The translations under genes were made by a program, and so were the position numbers. Shown in pieces: positions 47,066 to 57,117 of a stretch of 64,000 bases of DNA. Source of the DNA: Flavobacteriales bacterium (GTDB lineage Bacteria > Bacteroidota > Bacteroidia > Flavobacteriales > BACL11); contig PAHP01000012.1 in the NCBI GenBank assembly GCA_002705205.1, positions 42,615 through 106,614 of the forward strand. Reading direction: 5' to 3'. The notes beneath the pieces are model-generated. The model was not told the origin of the DNA, searched no databases, and saw only the letters and a program-made list of their open reading frames with translations. How positions within the stretch are numbered: position 1 is the stretch's first letter; each line of letters starts with the position of its first letter.

Positions 47066-48217
47066 ATGTTATTTAAGGAGATAATAGGAAACAGTACGAT
47101 TAAACAACAGTTAATTGATACCGTTAAAAAAAACAGAGTAAGTCATGCTCAGCTTTTTTTTGGTAATACTGGAAATGGAAAATTAGCACTTGCACTGGCA
47201 TATGCTCAATACCTTAATTGTGAAAATAAAACGGATATTGACTCCTGTGGAGATTGCTCTTCTTGCTTTAAGTATAAAAATCTATCGCATCCGGATCTCC
47301 ACTTAATATTTCCAGTTTTAAAAATGCCAGGCTCAAAAACATCTACAAGTGATAATTTTGTCAACAAATGGAGGTCTTTTGTTTTGGAAAATCCCTATGC
47401 ATCACTAAATGATTGGTCTGAGATTTTTGACAGTAATAATAAAACAGGGAAACAGTTCTTAATTTATAAGGATGAGGCAGATGTAATACATCAGAAGTTA
47501 ACATTAAAGAATTTTGAGTCTCCTTATAGAGTTGTATTAATTTGGATGCCTGAAAAAATGAATTTAGAGGCCTCAAACAAATTATTAAAATTATTTGAAG
47601 AGCCTCCAAAAGGCACAATTTTTCTATTAATATCAACTAGTCCTAACAAACTACTTCCAACAATCATATCTAGGTTACAAAAAATAAAGGTGCCTGATTT
47701 TACCAAGAACGATATTTTGACATATTTGGATAAAAGCCTAATAGATACTGAAAAATCAAAAAAATTAATAGCCATTACAGGCTCTAATCTTGGGAAAATC
47801 CTTAAAATAGAAAGTGAGCAATTGGAGGGGTTAGATTTGTTTGAACAGTTTGCTTCTTGGATGCGGCTTTCATATAAAACAGATATTGTAAATATATCAA
47901 AATGGGTAGATGAAATTGCCTTTATGGGTAGAAAGCATCAAGAATTATTTTTATCTTATGCAATAAAAATGGCTAGAGAGTGCTTAATTTTTAATTTTGC
48001 TAATCACAAGCTTTTAAAAACAAATGAAAAAGAATCTATGTTTATTTTAAAGTTTGCGCCATTTATACATGAGGAGAATAGTATTTTGATTATTGACGAA
48101 TTAGAAAGATCAATAAAATCAATAAATAGAAATGCAAATGCTAAAATTTTATTTTTTGAGCTATCTTTACAAATTATAAAGTTTTTAAAAGTTAAACGTA
48201 AGTTTGTTATAAATTAA
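47066..48217 (+). CDS. holB: DNA polymerase III subunit delta-prime
   Basis: 383 aa from ATG 47066 (MLFKEIIGNSTIKQQL), with HAQLFFGNTGNGKLALALAYAQYLNC, a Cys-rich Zn module and SRLQ. Confidence 0.85.
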   Translation: MLFKEIIGNSTIKQQLIDTVKKNRVSHAQLFFGNTGNGKLALALAYAQYLNCENKTDIDSCGDCSSCFKYKNLSHPDLHLIFPVLKMPGSKTSTSDNFVNKWRSFVLENPYASLNDWSEIFDSNNKTGKQFLIYKDEADVIHQKLTLKNFESPYRVVLIWMPEKMNLEASNKLLKLFEEPPKGTIFLLISTSPNKLLPTIISRLQKIKVPDFTKNDILTYLDKSLIDTEKSKKLIAITGSNLGKILKIESEQLEGLDLFEQFASWMRLSYKTDIVNISKWVDEIAFMGRKHQELFLSYAIKMARECLIFNFANHKLLKTNEKESMFILKFAPFIHEENSILIIDELERSIKSINRNANAKILFFELSLQIIKFLKVKRKFVIN

Positions 48218-48222
48218 AAAGA

Positions 48223-49389
48223 ATGGGCTGTAGTAACTGTAGTACATGTGATGTTTCAGAGAGTAGAGGTTGTGGGACAAGCTCAGTTTTTGACTGGCTT
48301 TATCAAATTGATGGCCCAAAAACAGAAAACACTAATCTTTTAGAGGTCCAATTTAAAGGAGACAGAAAGGATTTTTATATTAATTCAGAAGATCTTGAAA
48401 TTAAACATGGAGACTGGGTTGCGGTACAGGGAGATAAGTCGGGTCATGATATTGGCAAAATTACTATGATTGGAGAGTTAGTAGCGGTTCAGATGCAAAG
48501 GAAAAAAATAGATAGAGATAAAACACCCTTAAAGAAGCTATATCGTTTAGCATCAGATACAGATAAAGAAAAATGGAAATCTGCTATTGAAAGTGAAGGC
48601 GCTATTCTTGAGAAAGCAAAAAGAATCATAGAAGAAGCTAAATTAGAAATGAAACTTTCAGATGTGGAGTTTCAAGGAGATAAATCAAAGGCTACGTTTT
48701 ATTATACCGCTGAAAAAAGGGTAGATTTTAGGGAGCTTATTAGAGAGTATTCAAGGCAATTTGGAGTAAGAATTGAAATGAGGCAGATAGGGGCTAGGCA
48801 AGAATCAGCTAAAATTGGGGGTATTGGAAGTTGTGGGCGAGAACTATGTTGCTCTACTTGGATGACAGAGTTTTCATCTGTTTCAACAGGAGCAGCTAGA
48901 TACCAACAATTATCTATTAACCCACAAAAGATTTCAGGACAATGTGGAAGATTAAAATGTTGCCTGAACTTTGAGCTTGATGGATATACAGAAGCGTTAA
49001 AAGAATTCCCTAGTTCAAAAAAACAATTAAAAACTAAAATAGGTGTCGCAAAATTTGTCAAACTTGATGTATTTAAAGGAGTAATGTATTATTTTGTTCC
49101 AGAGAATCCCTCTGCAGAATTATTAGAAATTTCAACAGAAGGGGTAAAAAAAATAATAGAGATAAATAAAAAAGGAGGAGTTCCCGAAACGTTTGATGAG
49201 TTTATTGTTGATCAGTCTAGTTCTGAATTAAATTTTAAGGACGCAACAGGTCAAGACAATATTAATCGTTTTGACAAGAAAAAAAATAATAGAAGAAAAG
49301 GGGGTAAATTTAAAAGTAAAAAAAACAAGCAAATCCAAAAAACAAGAATAAAGAGTAAGGCAAAAGAAAAACAAAAAAAAGATGCGTAA
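48223..49389 (+). CDS. PSP1 domain protein (RicT/YaaT-like)
   Basis: 388 aa with a Cys-rich N-terminus (MGCSNCSTCD), PSP1 core motifs (GGIGSCGRELCCSTW, GQCGRLKCCLNFE) and a Lys-rich tail. Confidence 0.85.
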   Translation: MGCSNCSTCDVSESRGCGTSSVFDWLYQIDGPKTENTNLLEVQFKGDRKDFYINSEDLEIKHGDWVAVQGDKSGHDIGKITMIGELVAVQMQRKKIDRDKTPLKKLYRLASDTDKEKWKSAIESEGAILEKAKRIIEEAKLEMKLSDVEFQGDKSKATFYYTAEKRVDFRELIREYSRQFGVRIEMRQIGARQESAKIGGIGSCGRELCCSTWMTEFSSVSTGAARYQQLSINPQKISGQCGRLKCCLNFELDGYTEALKEFPSSKKQLKTKIGVAKFVKLDVFKGVMYYFVPENPSAELLEISTEGVKKIIEINKKGGVPETFDEFIVDQSSSELNFKDATGQDNINRFDKKKNNRRKGGKFKSKKNKQIQKTRIKSKAKEKQKKDA

Positions 49390-49840
49390 CGTTTTCTTTT
49401 TTTTAATCGCATTGTGTTTGTGCTCATGTGATGATATTGCCTATGAAAATTATCATTCTTTTAATGAAGAGGGCTGGAATACAGATAGCATTGTAAGTTT
49501 TGAGTGCACAGTATTAGACACTATAATGTTATATGATTTAATATTGAACGTTAGACATTCAGTAGATTATGAATATCAAAACTTATTCCTTTTTTTAGAG
49601 TCTGAGATAAAAGATACTATTGAAATAATATTAGCTGATAAAACAGGAAAATGGCATGGAACGGGTGTTAGCGATATAAGAGAGTTTAAGCATACTATTC
49701 AAGCAAAAAAAAGGTTTTCATCTAAGGGCTCATATTTGTTAAAAGTAGAACAAGCCATGAGATATGGAGAGAAGGCAAAGATACAGCGTTTAGCAAATAT
49801 TATAGATATTGGATTAATAATATCAAAGCATAATGACTAG
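49382..49840 (+). CDS. gldH: Gliding motility lipoprotein GldH
   Basis: 152 aa with lipobox LCLCSCDD. The pattern W..DS.V.F...Y.L...R....Y.NLFLF...DI.E...G.Y...QAMR...L..I.D.G matches my recollection of GldH. It overlaps both neighbours by 8 nt. Confidence 0.65.
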   Translation: MRNVFFFLIALCLCSCDDIAYENYHSFNEEGWNTDSIVSFECTVLDTIMLYDLILNVRHSVDYEYQNLFLFLESEIKDTIEIILADKTGKWHGTGVSDIREFKHTIQAKKRFSSKGSYLLKVEQAMRYGEKAKIQRLANIIDIGLIISKHND

Positions 49841-52088
49841 ATTTTCAAAACTAATATTTTGGGGATTTATTTTAAGCCCATTTATAGTTCTGTTTACTTT
49901 AGTTCAGCTAACTTCTTTAGGTGTCTTTGGTGAATTGCCCACCTTTAAACAATTAGAAAGTCCACAGAATAATTTGGCGACCGAAATTATTTCAGAAGAT
50001 CAGGTTGTTTTAGGAAAGTATTTTTTTGAGAATAGAAGCAAGTCAAGGTATAATGAACTACCAGAAAGCTTAATAAACGCTTTAATTTCAACGGAGGATA
50101 TTCGCTTTAGAAAACATTCTGGAATAGACGCCAGATCCCTTCTAAGAGCTATTTTTGGAGCTATTTTTGGAAAAAAAAATTCTGGAGGTGCTAGTACAAT
50201 TACGCAGCAATTAGCTAAAATGTTATTCACAGATAAGCCAAGCTCTGGATTAGAAAGGGTAATGCAAAAATTAAAAGAATGGGTAATTGCAGCTCAGCTT
50301 GAAAAACGCTATACAAAAGACGAGATCCTTAGCATGTACCTTAATCGTTTTGATTGGGTCAACAATGCTGTTGGGATTAAATCAGCAGCACAAGTTTATT
50401 TTAATAAGCAACCGATGGAGCTTAACACTGAAGAATCTGCAATGCTTGTTGGTATGTTAAAAAATCCAGCTTTATATAACCCAAATAGAAGATTAACATT
50501 AACAGAAGAAAGAAGGAATGTAGTCCTTTCTCAAATGAATAAATATGATTTTATCTCAGATTCATTATATGAGATATTAAAAGATCAGCCGATTCTTTTG
50601 GACTTTAAGAAAGCAAGTCATAACGAAGGACTAGCTCCTTATTTTAGAGAGTATTTAAGAGCCGAGTTAAAAAAATGGTGTGACACGCATACAAAACCTG
50701 ATGGAACACACTATAATATTTATACAGACGGACTTAAAGTTTATACTACAATAAACTCAAGATTACAAACGTTTGCAGAAGAGGGGTTAAAAATTCATAT
50801 TGCAAAGCTTCAAAAAGATTTTTATAATCACTGGAGAGGATATACAAATGCCCCTTACCCTGAAGACTTTGAAACCGAACAAATAAACGATATTATTGAT
50901 GCTGGAATGAGAAGATCAGATAGGTATAGAAAATTAAAAAGAGCAGGAAAATCCATATCTGAAATTAATAAAATCTTTAACACCAAAGTACCAATGGAAT
51001 TGTTTTCTTGGGACGGAGAAATAGATACAATTTTATCACCAAGAGACTCAATTAAATACAATAAGTTTTTTATTCACTCTGGAATGATGAGTATGGATCC
51101 AAACACTGGCTATGTGAAGGCTTATGTCGGTGGAATTAATTATAAGCATTTTCAATATGACCATGTTACTACAGGAAAAAGGCAGGTGGGCTCAACATTT
51201 AAACCATTTTTATATTCTTTAGCAATACAGTCAGGATATTCTCCTTGTTATGAGATTCCTAATGTCCCTGTTATTTTTGATAAGGACAGATGGGGGCTAG
51301 AAAAAGATTGGGCTCCAAAAAATTCAGGAGATGAGTATGATGAAATGAATATTACATTAAAGTTTGGGCTAGCAAATTCTATTAATACAATTACCGCTTA
51401 TATTATGAAACAGTTTGGGCCACATGCTGTTGTTGATTTAGCTAAAAAGATAGGAATTCAATCAAAAATATTACCAGTTCCTTCATTATGTTTGGGAACT
51501 TTTGATTTATCTGTTTATGAGATGGTAGGAGCTTATTCAACTTTTGTAAATAAAGGTGTATGGATAGAGCCAATTTTTATAACAAGGATTGAGGATAAAA
51601 ATGGCGTAGTATTAGAAGAATTTACTCCAAAAACTAATGAAGCAATGAGTAAAGAAACAGCTGATTTAATGGTGAGAATGCTGCAGGGGGTGGTTAAGGG
51701 AGTTTATAGTCCAGCGGCAAATAAAACTTTAGGAACAGGAGTTCGATTAAAGTATACATATGGATTTGAAAATGAAATTGGAGGAAAAACAGGAACAACT
51801 CAAAATCAATCAGACGGATGGTTTATGGGAATAACGCCTAATTTAGTTACAGGGGTTTGGAGTGGTTGTGAAGATAGATCAGCACACTTTAGAACAATTT
51901 ATTATGGACAAGGAGCAAATATGGCGTTACCTATTTTTGCGGAGTATATGCAAAGGGTGTATGCCGACACATTAAACACAGGAATTCATCCAATTCCATT
52001 TAATATTCCAAGATCTACATATGAAGAGATAGATTGCGGAGAGAATATTCAGGGGGGTCAATATGATGAATTTGAAGAAGAATTTTAA
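49833..52088 (+). CDS. mrcA: Penicillin-binding protein 1A (bifunctional glycosyltransferase/transpeptidase)
   Basis: 751 aa with GT51 motifs EDIRFRKHSGID, GASTITQQ and RKLKE-like, plus transpeptidase motifs STFKP and KTGTT. Confidence 0.93.
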   Translation: MTRFSKLIFWGFILSPFIVLFTLVQLTSLGVFGELPTFKQLESPQNNLATEIISEDQVVLGKYFFENRSKSRYNELPESLINALISTEDIRFRKHSGIDARSLLRAIFGAIFGKKNSGGASTITQQLAKMLFTDKPSSGLERVMQKLKEWVIAAQLEKRYTKDEILSMYLNRFDWVNNAVGIKSAAQVYFNKQPMELNTEESAMLVGMLKNPALYNPNRRLTLTEERRNVVLSQMNKYDFISDSLYEILKDQPILLDFKKASHNEGLAPYFREYLRAELKKWCDTHTKPDGTHYNIYTDGLKVYTTINSRLQTFAEEGLKIHIAKLQKDFYNHWRGYTNAPYPEDFETEQINDIIDAGMRRSDRYRKLKRAGKSISEINKIFNTKVPMELFSWDGEIDTILSPRDSIKYNKFFIHSGMMSMDPNTGYVKAYVGGINYKHFQYDHVTTGKRQVGSTFKPFLYSLAIQSGYSPCYEIPNVPVIFDKDRWGLEKDWAPKNSGDEYDEMNITLKFGLANSINTITAYIMKQFGPHAVVDLAKKIGIQSKILPVPSLCLGTFDLSVYEMVGAYSTFVNKGVWIEPIFITRIEDKNGVVLEEFTPKTNEAMSKETADLMVRMLQGVVKGVYSPAANKTLGTGVRLKYTYGFENEIGGKTGTTQNQSDGWFMGITPNLVTGVWSGCEDRSAHFRTIYYGQGANMALPIFAEYMQRVYADTLNTGIHPIPFNIPRSTYEEIDCGENIQGGQYDEFEEEF

Positions 52089-52091
52089 AAT

Positions 52092-52790
52092 ATGATAAAT
52101 AAAGCAGTAAATAATATTAAAGAGGCCTTATTAGGAGTTGAGAGCAATATGACTTTTATGTTTGGGGGATTTGGGCTTTCAGGCATTCCTGAAAATGCAA
52201 TAAATGCACTTTCTAAAAAGGATATTTTTGGACTTACTTGCATTTCAAATAATGCTGGCATAGACGATTTTGGCTTAGGTCTTTTGTTACAAAGGAAACA
52301 AATTAAAAAAATGATTTCTTCTTATGTAGGAGAGAATGCCGAATTTGAAAAACAAATGCTTTCAGGAGAACTAGAAGTAGACTTAATTCCCCAAGGATCT
52401 TTGGCAGAAAGGTGTAGGGCGGGAGGTGCAGGAATTCCAGCATTTTTTACCCCTGCTGGTTATGGAACAGAGGTTTCTTATGGAAAAGAAGTAAGAGAAT
52501 ATAATGGAAAGCCTCATATTTTGGAAACAGCACTTATTGCTGATTTTGCATTTGTAAAAGCATGGAAAGGAGATACAGCAGGCAACCTGATCTTTAGAGG
52601 AACAGCAAGAAACTTCAATCCTCTTATGGCTATGGCTGGAAAAATCACAGTAGCTGAGGTGGAGGAATTAGTACCGGCAGGAGAATTAGATCCTAATCAA
52701 ATACATACTCCAGGTATTTTTGTTCAAAGAATATTTAAAGGAGAAAAATATGAGAAGAGAATAGAGCAAAGAACCATTATAAAGCGATAA
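52092..52790 (+). CDS. scoA: 3-oxoacid CoA-transferase subunit A
   Basis: 232 aa with [12 protein letters not shown] and a typical subunit A sequence. Confidence 0.92.
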   Translation: MINKAVNNIKEALLGVESNMTFMFGGFGLSGIPENAINALSKKDIFGLTCISNNAGIDDFGLGLLLQRKQIKKMISSYVGENAEFEKQMLSGELEVDLIPQGSLAERCRAGGAGIPAFFTPAGYGTEVSYGKEVREYNGKPHILETALIADFAFVKAWKGDTAGNLIFRGTARNFNPLMAMAGKITVAEVEELVPAGELDPNQIHTPGIFVQRIFKGEKYEKRIEQRTIIKR

Positions 52791-52794
52791 TAGA

Positions 52795-53451
52795 ATGGCA
52801 TTAGACAAAAAACAGATAGCCCAAAGAATAGCTCAAGATTTAGAGCACAATACATATGTTAATTTGGGAATTGGAATTCCAACATTAGTTGCTAATTATA
52901 TTCCAAAAGGAATTAATGTTGAGTTTCAATCAGAAAATGGAGTTTTAGGAATGGGCCCCTTTCCTTTTGAGGGGGAGGAGGATCCTGATATGATAAATGC
53001 AGGCAAGCAAACCATTACAACTTTACCAGGAGCAGTTATTTTTGATTCTGCAATCTCTTTTGCAATGATAAGAGGCAGGCATGTTCAGCTCACAGTTTTG
53101 GGGGCCATGGAGGTTTCTGAAAATGGGGATATTTCTAACTGGAAGATCCCAGGAAAAATGGTAAAAGGAATGGGAGGAGCAATGGATTTAGTCGCTTCAG
53201 CAGAAAATATTATTGTAGCTATGATGCACACGAATAGAAAGGGAGAAAGTAAGATTTTAAAAAAATGTACGCTTCCTATTACTGGTGTAAATTGTGTAAA
53301 GAAAGTAGTCACTAATTTAGCTGTTTTGGAGGTTACTAAAAACGGATTTAAACTTTTAGAAAGAGCTCCTGGAATAAGCATTAACGAAATTAAGAGTGCA
53401 ACCGAAGCAGACTTAATTATTGAGGGAGAAATTCCTGAGATGGACGTTTAA
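52795..53451 (+). CDS. scoB: 3-oxoacid CoA-transferase subunit B
   Basis: 218 aa with the catalytic-Glu motif QSENGVLGMGP and GMGGAMDLV. Confidence 0.92.
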   Translation: MALDKKQIAQRIAQDLEHNTYVNLGIGIPTLVANYIPKGINVEFQSENGVLGMGPFPFEGEEDPDMINAGKQTITTLPGAVIFDSAISFAMIRGRHVQLTVLGAMEVSENGDISNWKIPGKMVKGMGGAMDLVASAENIIVAMMHTNRKGESKILKKCTLPITGVNCVKKVVTNLAVLEVTKNGFKLLERAPGISINEIKSATEADLIIEGEIPEMDV

Positions 53452-53472
53452 GAGTACTTTGATAATAAGAGA

Positions 53473-55272
53473 TCAAGAAACTTTAATCCCCTTAGCTGAG
53501 AGGTGGGCTTTAATATCATCTAGCTTTCCCTCAGGTATAGCATCAATTAATTTTTGAGTATAAGTTGTTGATGGCTTATTATAAATTTGGTCAGCATCAC
53601 CCATTTCTTCAATTTTCCCCTGCTGCATTACTACCATTCTATCACTCATATACTTTACAACGGAAAGATCATGTGAAATAAAGATATATGTAAGGCCAAA
53701 TTCTTCTTTTAATTCGTTAAGTAGATTCAAAACCTGTGCCTGAACAGAAACATCTAATGCAGAAACAGACTCATCACAAATGATGAATTTTGGATTTACA
53801 GCTAAAGCCCTAGCAATGCCTATTCTTTGCCTTTGCCCTCCAGAAAATTCGTGTGGGTATCGGTAAAAATGAGCAGGATCTAAACTAACTCGACTAAGCA
53901 ATTCTTCTACTTTCTTTTTTCTTTGCTCATCATTATCTAAGATGTCATGCACTTGCATGGGCTCCATTATAGCATTTCCAATTGTCATTCTTGGGTTTAA
54001 TGACGAGTATGGGTCTTGAAAAATAATTTGCACCTCTTTACGAAAAGCCCTTAACTCATCTGCAGACATTTTTGTAATATCATTTCCTTTATAAATCATT
54101 TCCCCCTCACTAGGCTCTTCTAATCTAAGTATAGTTCTTCCAATAGTTGTTTTTCCACAACCACTTTCGCCTACAAGGCCTAATGTTTCTCCTGGATATA
54201 CATCAAAACTAACCTCATCAACAGCTTTGACATGACCTGTAATTCCTCCAAAAAACCCATTCCTTAATGGGAAATAAGTTTTTAGATTATGGATCTTTAA
54301 TATTGGTTCTTGCTTAAATAATTTGTTTTGTTTTGTTTTTCTATCACTATCTGGGATGGCCAAATTTTTAGTAAAATCTGCAACAGAAATACCATTATCA
54401 ATAATTTTACCATTGACATCAATTTTCATAAAATCAGAAACTGTTGGCAAAAAAGTATATCTTTTATCAAGTGGTGGACGGCAAGCTAAAAGCCCTTTTG
54501 TATATGGATGTTGAGGGTTGGTAAAAATATCCCAAACATTTCCTTGTTCTACAATTTTCCCTTTATACATTACTACAACTTTATCTGCTAATTCTGCAAT
54601 AACACCTAAATCATGTGTAATAAACATGATCCCCATATCCCTTTCCTTTTGCAGATTTTGCATTAATTCTAAAATAGTTTTTTGAACGGTTACATCTAGG
54701 GCTGTTGTTGGCTCATCAGCAATCAAAACAGATGGCTGGCAGCTCATGGCCATTGCGATCATCACTCTTTGTTTTTGTCCTCCAGAAATTTGATGTGGAT
54801 AGGTGCTAAAAATTCTTTCAGGAGTTGGCAATTGTACTTCTTCAAAAAGCTTTATGGTAAGTGCTTTTGCTGCATTTTTATCTAGTTTTTGATGCAATAT
54901 TATAGCTTCCATAACTTGGTCTCCACACGTAAAAACAGGATTCAATGAAGTCATTGGTTCTTGGAAAATCATTGCGATATCATTTCCTCTAAATTTACGC
55001 ATTTCCTCTTCTGATATTTTTAGTAAATTAGTAGCTTTTCCATTGTCTTGATGAAAAATAATTTCACCTCCACTAATAATTCCAGGAGGGCTAGGGATTA
55101 ATCGCATAGCTGAAAGTGAAGTTACAGATTTGCCAGATCCAGATTCACCAACTATACCAATTGTTTCTCCTTTATTTAATGTAAAACTAACGTTATTTAC
55201 AGCTTTCATAGTCGTTCCTTCGGTATGAAATTCGGTAATAAGATTTTTAAATTCCAATAATATATTTCCCAT
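53473..55272 (-). CDS. ABC transporter ATP-binding protein with two fused ATPase domains (DppD/DppF-like)
   Basis: 599 aa with two Walker A motifs ([16 protein letters not shown]), two signature motifs ([16 protein letters not shown]) and two Walker B motifs. Confidence 0.9.
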   Translation of the reverse strand: MGNILLEFKNLITEFHTEGTTMKAVNNVSFTLNKGETIGIVGESGSGKSVTSLSAMRLIPSPPGIISGGEIIFHQDNGKATNLLKISEEEMRKFRGNDIAMIFQEPMTSLNPVFTCGDQVMEAIILHQKLDKNAAKALTIKLFEEVQLPTPERIFSTYPHQISGGQKQRVMIAMAMSCQPSVLIADEPTTALDVTVQKTILELMQNLQKERDMGIMFITHDLGVIAELADKVVVMYKGKIVEQGNVWDIFTNPQHPYTKGLLACRPPLDKRYTFLPTVSDFMKIDVNGKIIDNGISVADFTKNLAIPDSDRKTKQNKLFKQEPILKIHNLKTYFPLRNGFFGGITGHVKAVDEVSFDVYPGETLGLVGESGCGKTTIGRTILRLEEPSEGEMIYKGNDITKMSADELRAFRKEVQIIFQDPYSSLNPRMTIGNAIMEPMQVHDILDNDEQRKKKVEELLSRVSLDPAHFYRYPHEFSGGQRQRIGIARALAVNPKFIICDESVSALDVSVQAQVLNLLNELKEEFGLTYIFISHDLSVVKYMSDRMVVMQQGKIEEMGDADQIYNKPSTTYTQKLIDAIPEGKLDDIKAHLSAKGIKVS

Positions 55273-55318
55273 TATGTATTCTTTTTTGTGTTGTTAAAAA
55301 TAACGCTTTTTATATAAA

Positions 55319-56026
55319 CTATATATCTCCGTCTTTTATTGTCATTTGAAAGAGGTTAGAAATGTGAATTAATAGTTTTTTTTTAACCTCTTTCAAATCA
55401 ATTTCTTTTCCTAATTCTTTTTTCAAAGAAGTTACTTGCTTGTCTCTAATTCCACAAGGAATAATATTGCTAAAATAAGAAAGGTCAGAATTTATATTAA
55501 ATGCAAATCCATGCATAGTAACCCACCTACTGCTTTTTACTCCTAGTGCACAAATTTTTCTAGCCTTGGAGGTTCCAACATCAAGCCAAACCCCCGTCTC
55601 TCCTTTTGATCTTTCTCCAAATAAGCCGTATTCTTTTAGCGTAAGGACAACAGCTTCCTCCAAAAGCCTGAGATATTTATGTATATCTGTAAAAAAATTA
55701 TCTAAATCCAAAATTGGATAGCCTACAATTTGCCCAGGACCATGATACGTTATGTCCCCCCCCCTATTTATTTTATAAAAAGAAGCACCTCTACTTTTTA
55801 GATAATCATCATTTACCAATAAGTTTTTTTTATTGCCACTCTTTCCTAGAGTGTAGACGTGAGGATGCTCACAAAAAATCAAATAATTATTAGTTTTATC
55901 TTTTTTTACCTCTTTCCTGTTTTCTGATTTTTTAGCTAAGATTTCTGCAAAAAGTTCTTCTTGATAATCCCAGCATTTTTTGTAGTCAATCAGCCCTAAA
56001 TCTTTAAAGAGAACATGCTTATTCAT
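55319..56026 (-). CDS. lipB: Lipoyl(octanoyl) transferase
   Basis: 235 aa with HPHVYTLG, RGGDITYHGPGQ and KICALGV. Confidence 0.93.
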   Translation of the reverse strand: MNKHVLFKDLGLIDYKKCWDYQEELFAEILAKKSENRKEVKKDKTNNYLIFCEHPHVYTLGKSGNKKNLLVNDDYLKSRGASFYKINRGGDITYHGPGQIVGYPILDLDNFFTDIHKYLRLLEEAVVLTLKEYGLFGERSKGETGVWLDVGTSKARKICALGVKSSRWVTMHGFAFNINSDLSYFSNIIPCGIRDKQVTSLKKELGKEIDLKEVKKKLLIHISNLFQMTIKDGDI

Positions 56027-57015
56027 TAAATTTTTGCTAATTCCGACTTTAAAAAGTTGATTACATCAATCTCAATTGCATCTACATTATTCATTTCAGA
56101 TAAATACCAACTAACCCAATCTCCTACATTAATGTGGTAGAGAGAGTTTTCAATTAAAGAGCCTCCCTTACTCCATATTTCAGTAATGTTTTTTGTAAAT
56201 TTTGAAATAACTGCTTTGTTAATATCAATTCTTATTTGATTCCTGCCATAATCAATTTTATTCCGGAAATAGACTACAGCCAAACCATTTACATTTGTTC
56301 TCCAGCCCAGCAATTCGTTATGATTCATTTCTGGAATAACATGATGCCAGCAAAGCATTTTAGAGTTTTCATTTATCTGTTGACGAAATCGAATTGCGAC
56401 CCCCTCAAATCCATTTGCCACATAAATAACGGGTGTTTTTTTGTGCATTTTTTTTGCCAAAAATTTTGCTTTTTTTTGGATGTCATCTTTTTCAGTATCT
56501 AATAAATTTATGGCTTTTTCAAAATCAACCTTAAATAAATCATCAATAATATCATAATGATTTAAGAGGAAAAATAATTCTGTAAAAGCATAGCCAAACA
56601 TAGCTCTTGGAGGATGGCCTGCAGGTATAATTATTTTATTATAATTATTTTTTTCAGCAATTGTTTTTAGCTTACCTCCTGATGTTATTATTGCAATTTC
56701 AGCCCCCTTTTCTTGGCATTTCTCTAAAGCATAAAGAGTTTCTTCTGTATTTCCTGAATAAGAACTAGCAATAACGAGAGTGTTTTCGTTTACAAAATGT
56801 GGGACACTATAATCTTTGGTAGCGGAAATAGGAACTCCTGCTTTTTTAGAGACGATATCAGTTACAATTGTACCTCCAATACCGGAGCCTCCTAAACCAC
56901 AAATAAGTACATTTTTAATTTGTTTAGATGGTGGGCTAAGCTCTGTGCTTTTTGCAATATCAATTGCGTCTCTTAAATGATTTGTAAAATCATTAATATA
57001 ATCATTCATTTTCAT
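56026..57015 (-). CDS. Bifunctional phosphoglucose/phosphomannose isomerase (SIS domain)
   Basis: 329 aa with GLGGSGIGG and SYSGNTEET SIS motifs. One-nt overlap with lipB. Confidence 0.8.
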   Translation of the reverse strand: MKMNDYINDFTNHLRDAIDIAKSTELSPPSKQIKNVLICGLGGSGIGGTIVTDIVSKKAGVPISATKDYSVPHFVNENTLVIASSYSGNTEETLYALEKCQEKGAEIAIITSGGKLKTIAEKNNYNKIIIPAGHPPRAMFGYAFTELFFLLNHYDIIDDLFKVDFEKAINLLDTEKDDIQKKAKFLAKKMHKKTPVIYVANGFEGVAIRFRQQINENSKMLCWHHVIPEMNHNELLGWRTNVNGLAVVYFRNKIDYGRNQIRIDINKAVISKFTKNITEIWSKGGSLIENSLYHINVGDWVSWYLSEMNNVDAIEIDVINFLKSELAKI

Positions 57016-57094
57016 CTCTAGATTCGGTTTTGGATATTAAAATATGCTTGTTAAAAGAAGTCGAAAATACGAAATAATAGGATAATAGAATTCC

Positions 57095-57102
57095 TATCTT
57101 TG
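57095..57102 (+). promoter_or_regulatory. -7 promoter box TATCTTTG upstream of lysS
   Basis: Exact TAnnTTTG match 15 nt upstream of ATG 57118. The track's TTG start at 57100 lies inside this box. Confidence 0.45.
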
Positions 57103-57117
57103 CAAAAAAATTATAGC

